A DNA stretch of 64,000 nt from Eledone cirrhosa (GCA_964016885.1 OZ024743.1:204786001-204850000), one strand, 5' to 3'. Positions 12,701 to 28,870 are shown, numbered from the stretch's first letter. The notes: generated by a model from the letters alone, not told the origin. Numbers and translations: made by a program.

Positions 12701-14713
12701 CTTATTATAAATTCCATTAAAACCCATTAAGTATCCAATTGAAAAATCCATTAAGAGCTCATTAAAAATACTCCATTAAAAACCCAATTAAAAATCATTA
12801 AAACGCATTTAAACACCATAAAAACACAATTAAAACGCCATTAAAAAGACCATTAAAAACTCCATTAAAACATCCTTGAATCTATTAAAAATTTCATTAA
12901 AAACGCAATCAAAAATTCCATTAAAAACCCATTTAAAAACTCATAAACAACACCATTGAAAACCCAATTAAAAACTCCATAAAAAACCCATTAAACACCA
13001 TCGAAAATCACATTAAAATTCCATTAAAACACCATTAAAAAGCCATTAAAACCCAATTTTAAACGCAATTAAAAACTGAATTAAAACACTATTAAAAACT
13101 CATAAAAAAGGCTCATAAATAATGGGGTTTTCAATTGTTTTTTATGAAATTTATAATATGGTTTTTAATGAACTTTTTAATGGGCTTTTAGTGGAGTTTT
13201 TAATGGATTTTTATGGAATTATTAATGGCATTATTAATGGTTTTTTAATTGGGCTTTTTGTGATGTTTTAATGGCGTTTTTATGACATTTTATTGTGTTT
13301 TGTGGCGTTTTAATGGCGTTTTAATTGGTTTGTTATTGGGTTTTTAATAGAGTTTTATGAACTTTTAATATAGGGTTAATGGGTTTTGAATGTGTTTTCA
13401 ATGGAACTTTTAATTGAGTTTTTAATGAAATTTCTAATGGGATGTGTAATTGAATTTTTAATTGGTTTTTAATGGGTTTAGTGGGTTTATAGTGGAGTTT
13501 TTAATGGTGTTTTAATGGTGCTTCGATTGAGTTTTTAATTGAGTTTTTAATTGAGTTTTTACTGAGTTTTTAATTGAGTTCTTATTTTATTTTATTTTAT
13601 TTATTTTTTATATTTAATTTTTTTTTATTTTTTTTTATTTTATTTTATTTTTATTTATTTTATTTTATTTTATTTTATTTTATTTTATTTATTTTATTTT
13701 ATTTTATTTATATATTTTAGTTTTTTTTATTTTATTTTATTTTTTTTTTATTTTATTTTATTTTATTTTATTTTATTTTATTTTATTTTATTTTATTTTA
13801 TTTTATTTTATTTTATTTTTTATTTTATTTTATTTTATTTTATTTTATTTTATTTTATTTTATTTTATTTTATTTTATTTTATTTTATTTTATTTTATTT
13901 TATTGAGTTTTTAATTTAGTTTATAATTTAGTTTATAACTTAGTTTATAATTTAGTTTATTTCTCCCTCTTCTCCCCCTACTGTCCTCTACAGCCAGATC
14001 TGCCTTTCTTTACCCCTCCCAAGTCTCTTCCCTCTTCTCCCCCTACTGTCCTCTACAGCCTGATCTGCCTTTCTTTACCCCTCCCTAGTCTCTTCATTAT
14101 TCAGTTTTGTTTTTATCTTTCTAAAACATCCTAGTTTTAATGAAATTAAAAGGAAATAGCAATCGCTATAAGTGTGCAAGCCAGCATGTAACTTCATGTG
14201 TGTGTGTTTTTAATGGAGTTTTTAATTGAGTTTATAATGGAGATTTAAATGGAATTTTTAATTGAGTTTTAATGTAGTTTTAATGGTGTTTTATGCCGTT
14301 TTAATGGTATTTTAATGGGGTTTTTATTTGGTTTTTTATAAAGTTTTGGGTGCGCTTTTAATAGGGGTTTAATGGGTTTTCAGTGTAGTTTTTAATGACA
14401 TTTTTAATGGTTTTCCAATGGAACCTTAGTGGTGTGTTAATGCAATTTTAATTGGTTTAATGGGCTTTTAATTGTGTTTTTAATGGTGTTTTAATTGAGT
14501 TTTTAATTGCGTTTTTATTGAGTTTTTATTTCGGTTTATATTTGAGGTTTTAATGTCTTTTCGAGGGGGGGTTAATGGGGGTTTTAATGGAGTTTTAATG
14601 GGGGGTTTGGTTGGGGTTTTAATGGAGTGTTTTATGAGCTTATAATGGGGTTTTTAATGGGTTTTTCAAAATAGATTTTTAATTGAATTTTTAATGTGGT
14701 TTTTAATGGGATT

Positions 14714-14760
<47 letters not shown>

Positions 14761-14825
14761 GTATGTGTGTATATATATATATATAGTGTGTATGTATATA
14801 TATATATATATATATAGTGTGTGCG

Positions 14826-14859
<34 letters not shown>

Positions 14860-15449
14860 ACACAAATATTAGCATATACATATTTTCTTAGTAATTGAGG
14901 ATGTGTTTTTTATACATACATATGCATATTGCATCCATACATACACACATACAAGCATATACATACACATACACACACATATATATACACACACTGTATA
15001 TATATACATACACACACACACATATATATATATACACCACACACTATATATATATATATAGTGTGTGTGTGTATATATATGTGTGTGTGTGTGTATGTAT
15101 ATATATATATACAGTGTGTGTATATATGTGTGTGTGTATGTCTATGTATATGCTTGTATGTGTGTATGTATGTATGTATGCAATATGCATATGTATGTAT
15201 AAAAACACATCCTCAATGACTAAGAAATTATGTATATGCTAATATTTGTGTTAGTGTCTATATAAATGTATGTATGTAGTATATGCAAGTGTTCGTGCAA
15301 ATTGAAAATAGATTTAATAATTTTAATATCTAGAACAATGTGATCTAAAAAAAATATTTTTTAAGATACGAATATATCGTTGTCACCTTAATATGGCACT
15401 AACGCAAAATATAAATCCCAGTTTATATATAGTGTGTAACATGAAAGTG

Positions 15450-15492
<43 letters not shown>

Positions 15493-15640
15493 ATATATAT
15501 ATATATATATATATATTTAATATATATATATATATATATATTTAATATATATATATATATATATATATTTAATATATATATATATATATATATTTAATAT
15601 ATATATATATATATTTAATATATATATATATATATATATA

Positions 15641-15677
<37 letters not shown>

Positions 15678-15678
15678 A

Positions 15679-15718
<40 letters not shown>

Positions 15719-18700
15719 ATACACATATATATGTGTAAATATATATATACACATATATATGTGTAAATATATATATACACATATATATATACACATATAT
15801 ATGTGTAAATATATATATATACATATATATGTATGTATATATATATATATATATAAACACCATTAAAAACTCCATTGAAAAGCTCATAAAAACTCATTAA
15901 AAACCCAATAAAAAGCACACTAAACCACCATTAAAAGCTACATCCGAAACCCATTAAAAACTATATTAAAACACCATTAAAATTCCATTAAAAACCACAT
16001 TAAAATCCATTAAAAATCCAATTAAAAACAGTAAAAACTTAATTGTAAACGTAATCGAAAGCGCAAGTAAAACAACACTAAAACCATTTAACACCCCATT
16101 AAAACCCACACAAATACCACCAGAACCCATTAAAATCCCATAACCGCCATTAAAATTCCATTAAAAATATTATCAAAAACTTCATTTAAAACACACTGGA
16201 AACCCATTAAACTTCATAATTCTCGTTAAAAAAAATCCATTAAAAACTCAATCAAAAACCCAATTAAAAGGCCATAAAAGAAACATTAAAACAGCATTTA
16301 AAATACCATTAAAAACGCCATAAAAAACATTAAAATCCCATTAAAAATACATTAAAGGCCCATTAAAAATTCCACTAAAAACCTCATTGAAAACCCCATT
16401 TAAAACCTAATTAGAAGCTCATAAAAACTCCCAAAACCCCAAAAAACCATTAAAACGTCATTAAAACGTCATAAAACGCTATTAAAACGTCATTAAAAAT
16501 GTCATTAAAAACTCCATTGATAACTCAATTAAAAACTGCATTTTACCCCCCTCCCCCCCATTAAAAACACATTAAACACTCCATTAAAATTACCATTAAA
16601 AACCAATTAAATATTCCATTAAACACTATATTAAAACCGCAATTATAAATTCTTTAAAAATCCAATTAAAAACCATATTATAAACTCCATTAAAAATCCA
16701 ATTAAAAACCCTACTGAAAATCCCATTATAAAATTACATAAAAAACCCATAATAATAGTCCTTTAAAAAACCAATTAAAAATCCTATTAAAACGCCATAA
16801 AAAACACCATTAAAACGTCATTAAAAATACAATTGAAAACACCATTAAAAAATACATTGCAAATTCCATTAAAAGACCCATTAAAAACTCCATTAAAAAC
16901 ACCACTAAAAAGCCCATTAAAAAGCTCATAAAACCCATTAAAATACAATTAATAACCAATTAACACTCCATTAAAAACCATTACAACCGTCATTAAAATG
17001 CCATAAAATACCATTAAAACGCCATTAAGAACGCCATTAAAATCGTCATTAAAAACCTCATTAAAAACTACATTAAAACTTCATTAAAAACTCCATTAAA
17101 ACCTCCATTATAAACTCTATTAAACTCCATTAAAAACTCAATTAAATCCCCCATTAAACCCCCATTAAGCCCCATTAAAAGCCCCTGAAAAATGCAACTA
17201 ATAACAAATTTTAAAACCCCATTAAAACACAATTAAAAGTCCATTGGAAACCCCATTAAAATTCCATTAAAAATTCATTAAAAACTTAGTAAAAACTCGA
17301 TTTTCTACTCAATTAAAAAGGTAATTGAAAACTCAATTAGCACACCATTAAAAACTCATTAAAAAGCCCATAAAAACTCCATAAAAAATCTAATTGAAAA
17401 ACATTAAAAATTCAGTTAAAAACCTGATTGAAAACCCCAATAAAAGTTCATTAAAAAAACTCCATTAAAAAATCAATCAAAACCCCATTAAAATAACATT
17501 GAAACTTATCGAAGCGTCATTAAGGATACCATTAAAAAACACCATTAAAACGGCATTGAAAACCCATTATAAAAAATTAAAGGGTCCGTAAAAAACACCA
17601 TTATAAATCCATTAAAAACCTAATTGAAAAACCCATTAAAACTCAATTTTTAAACTAGATTAAAAACGCAATTAAAAACGCAATTAAAAGCTCAATGAAA
17701 AACCATTAAAAACACCATTAAAAACTCTAAAAAAAAGAGCACTAGCCATTAAAACTCCATTAAAACCCATTGAAACCTACTACCCCCATTAAACCCCATT
17801 AAAATTGCATTAAACACATTACACATCCATTAAAGTCCATTAGAAGGACCATCAAATATTTAAATTTAAACTAAATCAGAAACTCGCTTAAAACACCATT
17901 AAAAACACATTAAAATGTCACTAATACCATTAACAACCACACCAAAAACTCCATTAATATACCATTAAAAACCGCATTGAAAACCCATAAAATCCCAAGT
18001 AAAGATCTTTTAAAAAACTACATTAAAAACCCAATTAAAAAACCCATTAAAACGCCATAAAAGTCATTAAAACGTCATTTAAAGTACCATTAAAAACGTC
18101 ACTAGAAACCCAATTAAAAACACATTAAAAATTCCATTTGAAACCATATTAAAAATTTCATTAAATGCAATATTGAAAAACCCATTAAAAACACCAGTGA
18201 AAACTCATATAAATACTCAATTAAAAAACCAATTAAAAATCCTATTTAAACGTCACTAAAACACCATAAAAAACACAATTAAAACGTCATTAAAACACCA
18301 TTAAACTATCATTAAAAATTACATTGAAAACACCATTAAAATTCAATTAAAACCCCATTAAAAATCCATTAAAAAGATCATCATGAACGCACTTAAATAC
18401 CATCAAAAACGCATTAAAAATTAAATTAAAAAGCAATTAATTTTTTTTATCAAACCCCCATTAAAATTCCATTAAACACTCCATTAAAAACAACATTGAA
18501 AACCCCCATTAAAAGCTCATACAAAATTATATTAAAAACCCAATAAAAAACAATTACAACGCCATTAAAACATCATAAAAACTCATTAAAATGTCATTTA
18601 AAATGCCATTAAAACCCTCACGGGGGGAAACGCAATTAAAAACACCATTAGAAATTTCATTAAAAACTCCATTAAAAATCATATTTAAAGTCAATTAGAA

Positions 18701-20839
18701 CCCTTATTATAAATTCCATTAAAACCCATTAAGTATCCAATTGAAAAATCCATTAAGAGCTCATTAAAAATACTCCATTAAAAACCCAATTAAAAATCAT
18801 TAAAACGCATTTAAACACCATAAAAACACAATTAAAACGCCATTAAAAAGACCATTAAAAACTGCATTAAAACATCCTTGAATCTATTAAAAATTTCATT
18901 AAAAACGCAATCAAAAATTCCATTAAAAACACATTTAAAAACTCATAAACAACACCATTGAAAACCCAATTAAAAACTCCATAAAAAACCCATCAAACAC
19001 CATCGAAAATCCCATTAAAACACCATTAAAAAGCCATTAAAACCCAATTTTAAACGCAATTAAAAACTGAATTAAAACACTATTAAAAACTCATAAAAAA
19101 GGCTCATAAATAATGGGGTTTTCAATTGTTTTTTATGAAATTTATAATATGGCTTTTAATGAACTTTTTAATGGGCTTTTAGTGGAGTTTTTAATGGATT
19201 TTTATGGAATTTTTAATGACATTATTAATGGTTTTTTAATTGGGCTTTTTGTGATGTTTTAATGGCGTTTTTATGACATTTTATTGTTTTGTGGCGTTTT
19301 AATGGCGTTTTAATTGGTTTGTTATTGGGTTTTTAATAGAGTTTTATGAACTTTTAATATGGGGTTAATGGGTTTTGAATGTGTTTTCAATGGAACTTTT
19401 AATTGAGTTTTTAATGAAATTTCTAATGGGATGTGTAATTGAATTTTTAATTGGTTTTTAATGGGTTTAGTGGGTTTATAGTGGAGTTTTTAATGGTGTT
19501 TTAATGGTGCTTCGATTGAGTTTTTAATTGAGTTTTTAATTGAGTTTTTACTGAGTTTTTAATTGAGTTCTTATTTTATTTTATTTTATTTTTTTTTTAT
19601 ATTTAATTTTTTTTTATTTTTTTTTATTTTATTTTATTTTTATTTATTTTATTTTATTTTATTTTATTTTATTTTATTTATTTTATTTTATTTTATTTAT
19701 ATTTTTTAGTTTTTTTTATTTTATTTTATTTTTTTTTATTTTATTTTATTTTATTTTATTTTATTTTATTTTATTTTATTTTATTTTATTTTATTTTATT
19801 TTATTTTATTTTATTTTATTTTTTATTTTATTTTATTTTATTTTATTTTATTTTATTTTATTTTATTTTATTTTATTTTATTTTATTTTATTGAGTTTTT
19901 AATTTAGTTTATAATTTAGTTTATAACTTAGTTTATAATTTAGTTTATTTCTCCCTCTTCTCCCCCTACTGTCCTCTACAGCCAGATCTGCCTTTCTTTA
20001 CCCCTCCCAAGTCTCTTCCCTCTTCTCCCCCTACTGTCCTCTACAGCCTGATCTGCCTTTCTTTACCTCTCCCTAGTCTCTTCATTATTCAGTTTTGTTT
20101 TTATCTTTCTAAAACATCCTAGTTTTAATGAAATTAAAAGGAAATAGCAATCGCTATAAGTGTGCAAGCCAGCATGTAACTTCATGTGTGTGTGTTTTTA
20201 ATGGAGTTTTTAATTGAGTTTTAATGGAGTTTTAATTGAGTTTATAATGGAGATTTAAATGGAATTTTTAATTGAGTTTTAATGTAGTTTTAATGGTGTT
20301 TTATGCCGTTTTAATGGTATTTTAATGGGGTTTTTATTTGGTTTTTTATAAAGTTTTGGGTGCGCTTTTAATGGGGGTTTAATGGGTTTTCAGTGTAGTT
20401 TTTAATGACATTTTTAATGATTTTCCGATGGAACCTTAGTGGTGTGTTAATGCAATTTTAATTGGTTTAATGGGCTTTTAATTGTGTTTTTAATGGTGTT
20501 TTAATTGAGTTTTTAATTGAGTTTTTATTGAGTTTTTATTTCGGTTTAAATTTGAGGTTTTAATGTCTTTTCGAGGGGGGGTTAATGGGGGTTTTAATGG
20601 AGTTTTAATGGGGACTTTTAATGGAAACTTTAATTTTGTTTTAATTGGGTTTTTATGGGTTTCCAATGTGGTTTTTAATGGCGCTTTTATTGGCATTCTT
20701 AATGATGTTTTAATTGTGTTTTAATGGGGGGTTTGGTTGGGGTTTTAATGGAGTGTTTTATGAGCTTATAATGGGGTTTTTAATGGGTTTTTCAAAATAG
20801 ATTTTTAATTGAATTTTTAATGTGGTTTTTAATGGGATT

Positions 20840-20886
<47 letters not shown>

Positions 20887-20949
20887 GTGTGTGTGTATAT
20901 ATATATATATAGTGTGTATGTATATATATATATATATATAGTGTGTGCG

Positions 20950-20981
<32 letters not shown>

Positions 20982-21578
20982 ACACAAATATTAGCATATA
21001 CATATTTTCTTAGTAATTGAGGATGTGTTTTTTATACATACATATGCATATTGCATCCATACATACACACATACAAGCATATACATACACATACACACAC
21101 ATATATATACACACACTGTATATATATATACATACACACACACACATATATATATATACACCACACACTATATATATATATAGTGTGTGTGTGTATATAT
21201 ATATGTGTGTGTGTGTGTATGTATATATATATATACAGTGTGTGTATATATGTGTGTGTGTATGTCTATGTATATGCTTGTATGTGTGTATGTATGTATG
21301 TATGCAATATGCATATGTATGTATAAAAACACATCCTCAATGACTAAGAAATTATGTATATGCTAATATTTGTGTTAGTGTCTATATAAATGTATGTATG
21401 TAGTATATGCAAGTGTTCGTGCAAATTGAAAATAGATTTAATAATTTTAATAATATCTAGAACAATGTGATCTAAAAAAAATATTTTTTAAGATACGAAT
21501 ATATCGTTGTCAGCTTAATATGGCACTAACGCAAAATATAAATCCCAGTTTATATATAGTGTGTAACATGAAAGTGGA

Positions 21579-21664
<86 letters not shown>

Positions 21665-21752
21665 ATATATATATATATATATATATTTAATATATATATA
21701 TATATATATATATATTTAATATATATATATATATATGTATATATATATTTAA

Positions 21753-21783
<31 letters not shown>

Positions 21784-24700
21784 TTAATACACATATATAT
21801 GTGTAAATATATATATACACATATATATGTGTAAATATATATATACACATATATATATACACATATATATGTGTAAATATATATATATACATATATATGT
21901 ATGTATGTATATATATATATATAAACACCATTAAAAACTCCATTGAAAAGCTCATAAAAACTCATTAAAAACCCAATAAAAAGCACACTAAACCACCATT
22001 AAAAGCTACATCCGAAACCCATTAAAAACTATATTAAAACACCATTAAAATTCCATTAAAAACCACATTAAAATCCATTAAAAATCCAATTAAAAACAGT
22101 AAAAACTTAATTGTAAACGTAATCGAAAGCGCAAGTAAAACAACATTAAAACCATTTAACACCCCATTAAAACCCACAAAAATACCACCAGAACCCATTA
22201 AAATCCCATAACCGCCATTAAAATTCCATTAAAAATATTATCAAAAACTTCATTTAAAACACACTGGAAACCCATTAAACTTCATAATTCTCGTTAAAAA
22301 AAATTCATTAAAAACTCAATCAAAAACCCAATTAAAAGGCCATAAAAGAAACATTAAAACAGCATTTAAAATACCATTAAATACGCCATAAAAAACATTA
22401 AAATCCCATTAAAAATACATTAAAGGCCCATTAAAAATTCCACTAAAAACCTCATTGAAAACCCCATTTAAAACCTAATTAGAAGCTCATAAAAACTCCC
22501 AAAACCCAATAAAAAAACCATTAAAACGTCATTAAAACGTCATAAAACGCTATTAAAACGTCATTAAAAATGTCATTAAAAACTCCATTGATAACTCAAT
22601 TAAAAACTGCATTTTACCCCCTGCTCCCCCATTAAAAACACATTAAACACTCCATTAAAATTACCATTAAAAACCAATTAAATACTCCATTAAACACTAT
22701 ATTAAAACCGCAATTATAAATTCTTTAAAAATCCAATTAAAAAACATATTATAAACTCCATTAAAAATCCAATTAAAAACCCTACTGAAAATTCCATTAT
22801 AAAATTACATAAAAAACCCATAATAATAGTCCTTTAAAAAACCAATTAAAAATCCTATTAAAACGCCATAAAAAACACCATTAAAACGTCATTAAAAATA
22901 CAATTGAAAACACCATTAAAAACTACATTGCAAATTCCATTAAAAGACCCATTAAAAACTCCATTAAAAATGCCATAAAATACCATTAAAACGCCATTAA
23001 GAACGCCATTAAAATCGTCATTAAAAACCTCATTAAAAACTACATTAAAACTTCATTAAAAACTCCATTAAAACCTACATTATAAACTCTATTAAACTCC
23101 ATTAAAAACTCAATTAAATCCCCCATTAAACCCCCATTAAGCCCCATTAAAAGCCCCTGAAAAATGCAACTAAAAACCAATTTTAAAACCCCATTAAAAC
23201 ACAATTAAAAGTCCATTGGAAACCCCATTAAAATTCCATTAAAAATTCATTAAAAACTTAGTAAAAACTCGATTTTATACTCAATTAAAAAGGTAATTGA
23301 AAACTCAATTAGCACACCATTAAAAACTCATTAAAAAGCCCATAAAAACTCCATAAAAAATCTAATTGAAAAACATTAAAAATTCAGTTAAAAACCTGAT
23401 TGAAAACCCCAATAAAAGTTCATTAAAAAACTCCATTAAAAAATCAATCAAAACCCCATTAAAATAACATTGAAACTTATCGAAGCGTCATTAAGGATAC
23501 CATTAAAAAACACCATTAAAACGGCATTGAAAACCCATTATAAAAAATTAAAGGGTCCGTAAAAAACACCATTATAAATCCATTAAAAACCTAATTGAAA
23601 AACCCATTAAAACTCAATTTTTAAACTAGATTAAAAACGCAATTAAAAGCTCAATGAAAAACCATTAAAAACACCATTAAAAACTCTTTAAAAAAGAGCA
23701 CTAGCCATTAAAACTCCATTAAAACCCATTGAAACCTACTACCCCCATTAAACCCCATTAAAATTGCATTAAACACATTACACATCCATTAAAGCCCATT
23801 AGAAGGACCATCAAATATTTAAATTTAAACTAAATCAGAAACTCGCTTAAAACACCATTAAAAACACATTAAAATGTCACTAATACCATTAACAACCACA
23901 CCAAAAACTCCATTAATATACCATTAAAAACCGCATTGAAAACCCATAAAATCCCAAGTAAAGATCTTTTAAAAAACTACATTAAAAACCCAATTAAAAA
24001 ACCCATTAAAACGCCATAAAAGTCATTAAAACGTCATTTAAAGTACCATTAAAAACGTCACTAGAAACCCAATTAAAAACACATTAAAAATTCCATTTGA
24101 AACCATATTAAAAATTTCATTAAATGCAATATTGAAAAACCCATTAAAAACACCAGTGAAAACTCATATAAATACTCAATTAAAAAACCAATTAAAAATC
24201 CTATTTAAACGTCACTAAAACACCATAAAAAACACAATTAAAACGTCATTAAAACACCATTAAACTATCATTAAAAATTACATTGAAAACACCATTAAAA
24301 ATTCAATTAAAACCCCATTAAAAATCCATTAAAAAGATCATCATGAACGCACTTAAACACCATCAAAAACGCATTAAAAATTAAATTAAAAAGCAATTAA
24401 TTTTTTTTATCAAACCCCCATTAAAATTCCATTAAACACTCCATTAAAAACAACATTGAAAACCCCCATTAAAAGCTCATACAAAATTATATTAAAAACC
24501 CAATAAAAAACAATTACAACGCCATTAAAACATCATAAAAACTCATTAAAATGTCATTTAAAATGCCATTAAAACCCTCACGGGGGGAAACGCAATTAAA
24601 AACACCATTAGAAATTTCATTAAAAACTCCATTAAAAATCATATTTAAAGTCAATTAGAACCCTTATTATAAATTCCATTAAAACCCATTAAGTATCCAA

Positions 24701-26809
24701 TTGAAAAATCCATTAAGAGCTCATTAAAAATACTCCATTAAAAACCCAATTAAAAATCATTAAAACGCATTTAAACACCATAAAAACACAATTAAAACGC
24801 CATTAAAAACTCCATTAAAACATCCTTGAATCTATTAAAAATTTCATTAAAAACGCAATCAAAAATTCCATTAAAAACCCATTTAAAAACTCATAAACAA
24901 CACCATTGAAAACCCAATTAAAAACTCCATAAAAAACCCATTAAACACCATCGAAAATCCCATTAAAACACCATTAAAAAGCCATTAAAACCCAATTTTA
25001 AACGCAATTAAAAACTGAATTAAAACACTATTAAAAACTCATAAAAAAAGGCTCATAAATAATGGGGTTTTCAATTGTTTTTTATGAAATTTATAATATG
25101 GCTTTTAATGAACTTTTTAATGGGCTTTTAGTGGAGTTTTTAATGGATTTTTATGGAATTTTTAATGACATTATTAATGGTTTTTTAATTGGGCTTTTTG
25201 TGATGTTTTAATGGCGTTTTTATGACATTTTATTGTGTTTTGTGGCGTTTTAATGGCGTTTTAATTGGTTTGTTATTGGGTTTTTAATAGAGTTTTATGA
25301 ACTTTTAATATGGGGTTAATGGGTTTTGAATGTGTTTTCAATGGAACTTTTAATTGAGTTTTTAATGAAATTTCTAATGGGATGTGTAATTGAATTTTTA
25401 ATTGGTTTTTAATGGGTTTAGTGGGTTTATAGTGGAGTTTTTAATGGTGTTTTAATGGTGCTTCGATTGAGTTTTTAATTGAGTTTTTAATTGAGTTTTT
25501 ACTGAGTTTTTAATTGAGTTCTTATTTTATTTTATTTTATTTATTTTTTATATTTAATTTTTTTTTTTTTTTTTTTATTTTATTTTATTTTTATTTATTT
25601 TATTTTATTTTATTTTATTTTTTTTATTTTATTTTATTTTATTTATATTTTTTAGTTTTTTTTATTTTATTTTATTTTATTTTTTTTATTTTATTTTATT
25701 ATATTTTATTTTATTTTATTTTATTTTATTTTATTTTATTTTATTTTTTATTTTATTTTATTTTATTTTATTTTATTTTATTTTATTTTATTTTATTTTA
25801 TTTTATTTTATTTTATTTTATTTTATTTTATTTTATTTTATTTTATTTTATTTTATTTTATTGAGTTTTTAATTTAGTTTATAATTTAGTTTATAACTTA
25901 GTTTATAATTTAGTTTATTTCTCCCTCTTCTCCCCCTACTGTCCTCTACAGCCAGATCTGCCTTTCTTTACCCCTCCCAAGTCTCTTCCCTCTTCTCCCC
26001 CTACTGTCCTCTACAGCCTGATCTGCCTTTCTTTACCCCTCCCTAGTCTCTTCATTATTCAGTTTTGTTTTTATCTTTCTAAAACATCCTAGTTTTAATG
26101 AAATTAAAAGGAAATAGCAATCGCTATAAGTGTGCAAGCCAGCATGTAACTTCATGTGTGTGTGTTTTTAATGGAGTTTTTAATTGAGTTTTAATGGAGT
26201 TTTAATTGAGTTTATAATGGAGATTTAAATGGAATTTTTAATTGAGTTTTAATGTAGTTTTAATGGTGTTTTATGCCGTTTTAATGGTATTTTAATGGGG
26301 TTTTTATTTGGTTTTTTATAAAGTTTTGGGTGCGCTTTTAATGGGGGTTTAATGGGTTTTCAGTGTAGTTTTTAATGACATTTTTAATGGTTTTCCAATG
26401 GAACCTTAGTGGTGTGTTAATGCAATTTTAATTGGTTTAATGGGCTTTTAATTGTGTTTTTAATGGTGTTTTAATTGAGTTTTTAATTGCGTTTTTATTG
26501 AGTTTTTATTTCGGTTTAAATTTGAGGTTTTAATGTCTTTTCGAGGGGGGGTTAATAGGGGTTTTAATGGAGTTTTAATGGGGACTTTTAATGGAAACTT
26601 TTATTTTGTTTTAATTGGGTTTTTATGGGTTTCCAATGTGGTTTTTAATGGCGCTTTTATTGGCATTCTTAATGATGTTTTAATTGTGTTTTAATGGGGG
26701 GTTTGGTTGGGGTTTTAATGGAGTGTTTTATGAGCTTATAATGGGGTTTTTAATGGGTTTTTCAAAATAGATTTTTAATTGAATTTTTAATGTGGTTTTT
26801 AATGGGATT

Positions 26810-26856
<47 letters not shown>

Positions 26857-26919
26857 GTGTGTGTGTATATATATATATATAGTGTGTATGTATATATATA
26901 TATATATATAGTGTGTGCG

Positions 26920-26951
<32 letters not shown>

Positions 26952-27593
26952 ACACAAATATTAGCATATACATATTTTCTTAGTAATTGAGGATGTGTTT
27001 TTTATACATACATATGCATATTGCATCCATACATACACACATACAAGCATATACATACACATACACACACATATATATACACACACTGTATATATATACA
27101 TACACACACACACATATATATATATACACCACACACTATATATATATATAGTGTGTGTGTGTATATATATATATGTGTGTGTGTGTGTATGTATATATAT
27201 ATATACAGTGTGTGTATATATGTGTGTGTGTATGTCTATGTATATGCTTGTATGTGTGTATGTATGTATGTATGCAATATGCATATGTATGGATAAAAAC
27301 ACATCCTCAATGACTAAGAAATTATGTATATGCTAATATTTGTGTTAGTGTCTATATAAATGTATGTATGTAGTATATGCAAGTGTTCGTGCAAATTGAA
27401 AATAGATTTAATAATTTTAATATCTAGAACAATGTGATCTAAAAAAAATATTTTTTAAGATACGAATATATCGTTGTCACCTTAATATGGCACTAACGCA
27501 AAATATAAATCCCAGTTTATATATAGTGTGTAACATTAAAGTGGAATATATATATATATATATATATATTTAATATATATATATATATATATA

Positions 27594-27665
<72 letters not shown>

Positions 27666-27693
27666 ATATATGTATATATATATATATATATAT

Positions 27694-28585
27694 ATAAAAT
27701 ATTAAACAAATAATGAATAAACAATTCCTTATATTAAACAAAAAAAGTTCATTATTTAACGATCGTTTCTAGGATATATATGTGTTAGAATTGGTATGCA
27801 TATTCAACAGATCTATGTACAAAATTATACAAAATTATACAAATTATCAAGATTAAATATACATACCAAACACATATATACGCCGTCTTCAGAAATAATG
27901 AAGTATATTTATTGATAATAACAACAATTCAAAATTTCAGTTCCGTTTGGGAATAAAATTGACCAAATGAAAACACAAAGGGTTAAATGCAGTTCGGTGT
28001 GTGTATATACATGTAAAACCCTTACACATATTTTACAAAAATGTATGTATAATTTGTATACGCATACTAAAAGGATGGATGCAAATACAAAATTTCAAGG
28101 TTAATGTCTCTGTAAGTTTACAATGCGCAGATAAGATGCGTATTGACACTTATGAAGTTAAGTATATAAATATATTTTTTCATACTCACACATATCCGTA
28201 CAATCACACATACACGCGCGTATATGCATAAATATACACATAACCACGAACATACAAACACACACAAACCCCCACTCACATTTATATATGTGGATATAAA
28301 GTCATAAGCACATGGATATTAATTCACTCACATAAAACACTGGCACACACATTTTTAGATCAAGATACAGAAATTAGGTGGGAGGGGGGGAGGGGTCAGT
28401 ATTCAACTGTCTGAGCAGACTGCCTATTATAAATGTATCCATAAACTAAGAAAAATAAAAAGATAAAATATAATAAATAAAACATTAAAGAGGAAAGAAT
28501 AGAAAGAAAAACAGAAAAAAGAAAAAAGAAAAAAGAAAAAAGAAATATATCAAGAAAATAAATATATATATATATACACATATAT

Positions 28586-28632
<47 letters not shown>

Positions 28633-28763
28633 TATATATATATAAAAAAACATACATATATATACACATAGACACACACATATCCATACATAAATATACA
28701 CACATATATAAACACATACATACATATACACACATCCACACTAAGAACATACATATACACACA
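27694..28763 (-). repeat. Left arm of the giant inverted repeat (putative inverted pLTR copy)
   Basis: Reverse complement of 28864-29936. Differences seen: a substitution at 27812/29818, a 1 bp indel (gaccaaatg vs cattggtc), a G7 vs C9 run and a few microsatellite changes. Mirrored ORFs 28001..28231+/29400..29630- are consistent with this. Confidence 0.97.
27748..27902 (-). ncRNA. Type I hammerhead ribozyme motif (left-arm copy, minus strand)
   Basis: Reverse complement of 29728-29882. The plus strand shows ttcattattt-aacgatcg-tttc (27748-27769) ... tcttcag-aaataatgaa (27886-27902). Confidence 0.8.
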
Positions 28764-28828
28764 TATATAAACATATACATATACACACATACATACATAT
28801 ACACATATACATACAAATACACATACAC

Positions 28829-28863
<35 letters not shown>

Positions 28864-28870
<7 letters not shown>

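Noticed and set aside
25514-25864. F/I/L/Y-rich 'membrane protein' ORFs (also 52390-52728)
   Set aside because: They are translations of (TTTTA)n.
28001-28231. 76 aa ORF, mirrored at 29400-29630
   Set aside because: GTG start, short, no RT, GIY-YIG or transposase motifs, and antisense to the ribozyme strand. It is duplicated only because of the inverted repeat.
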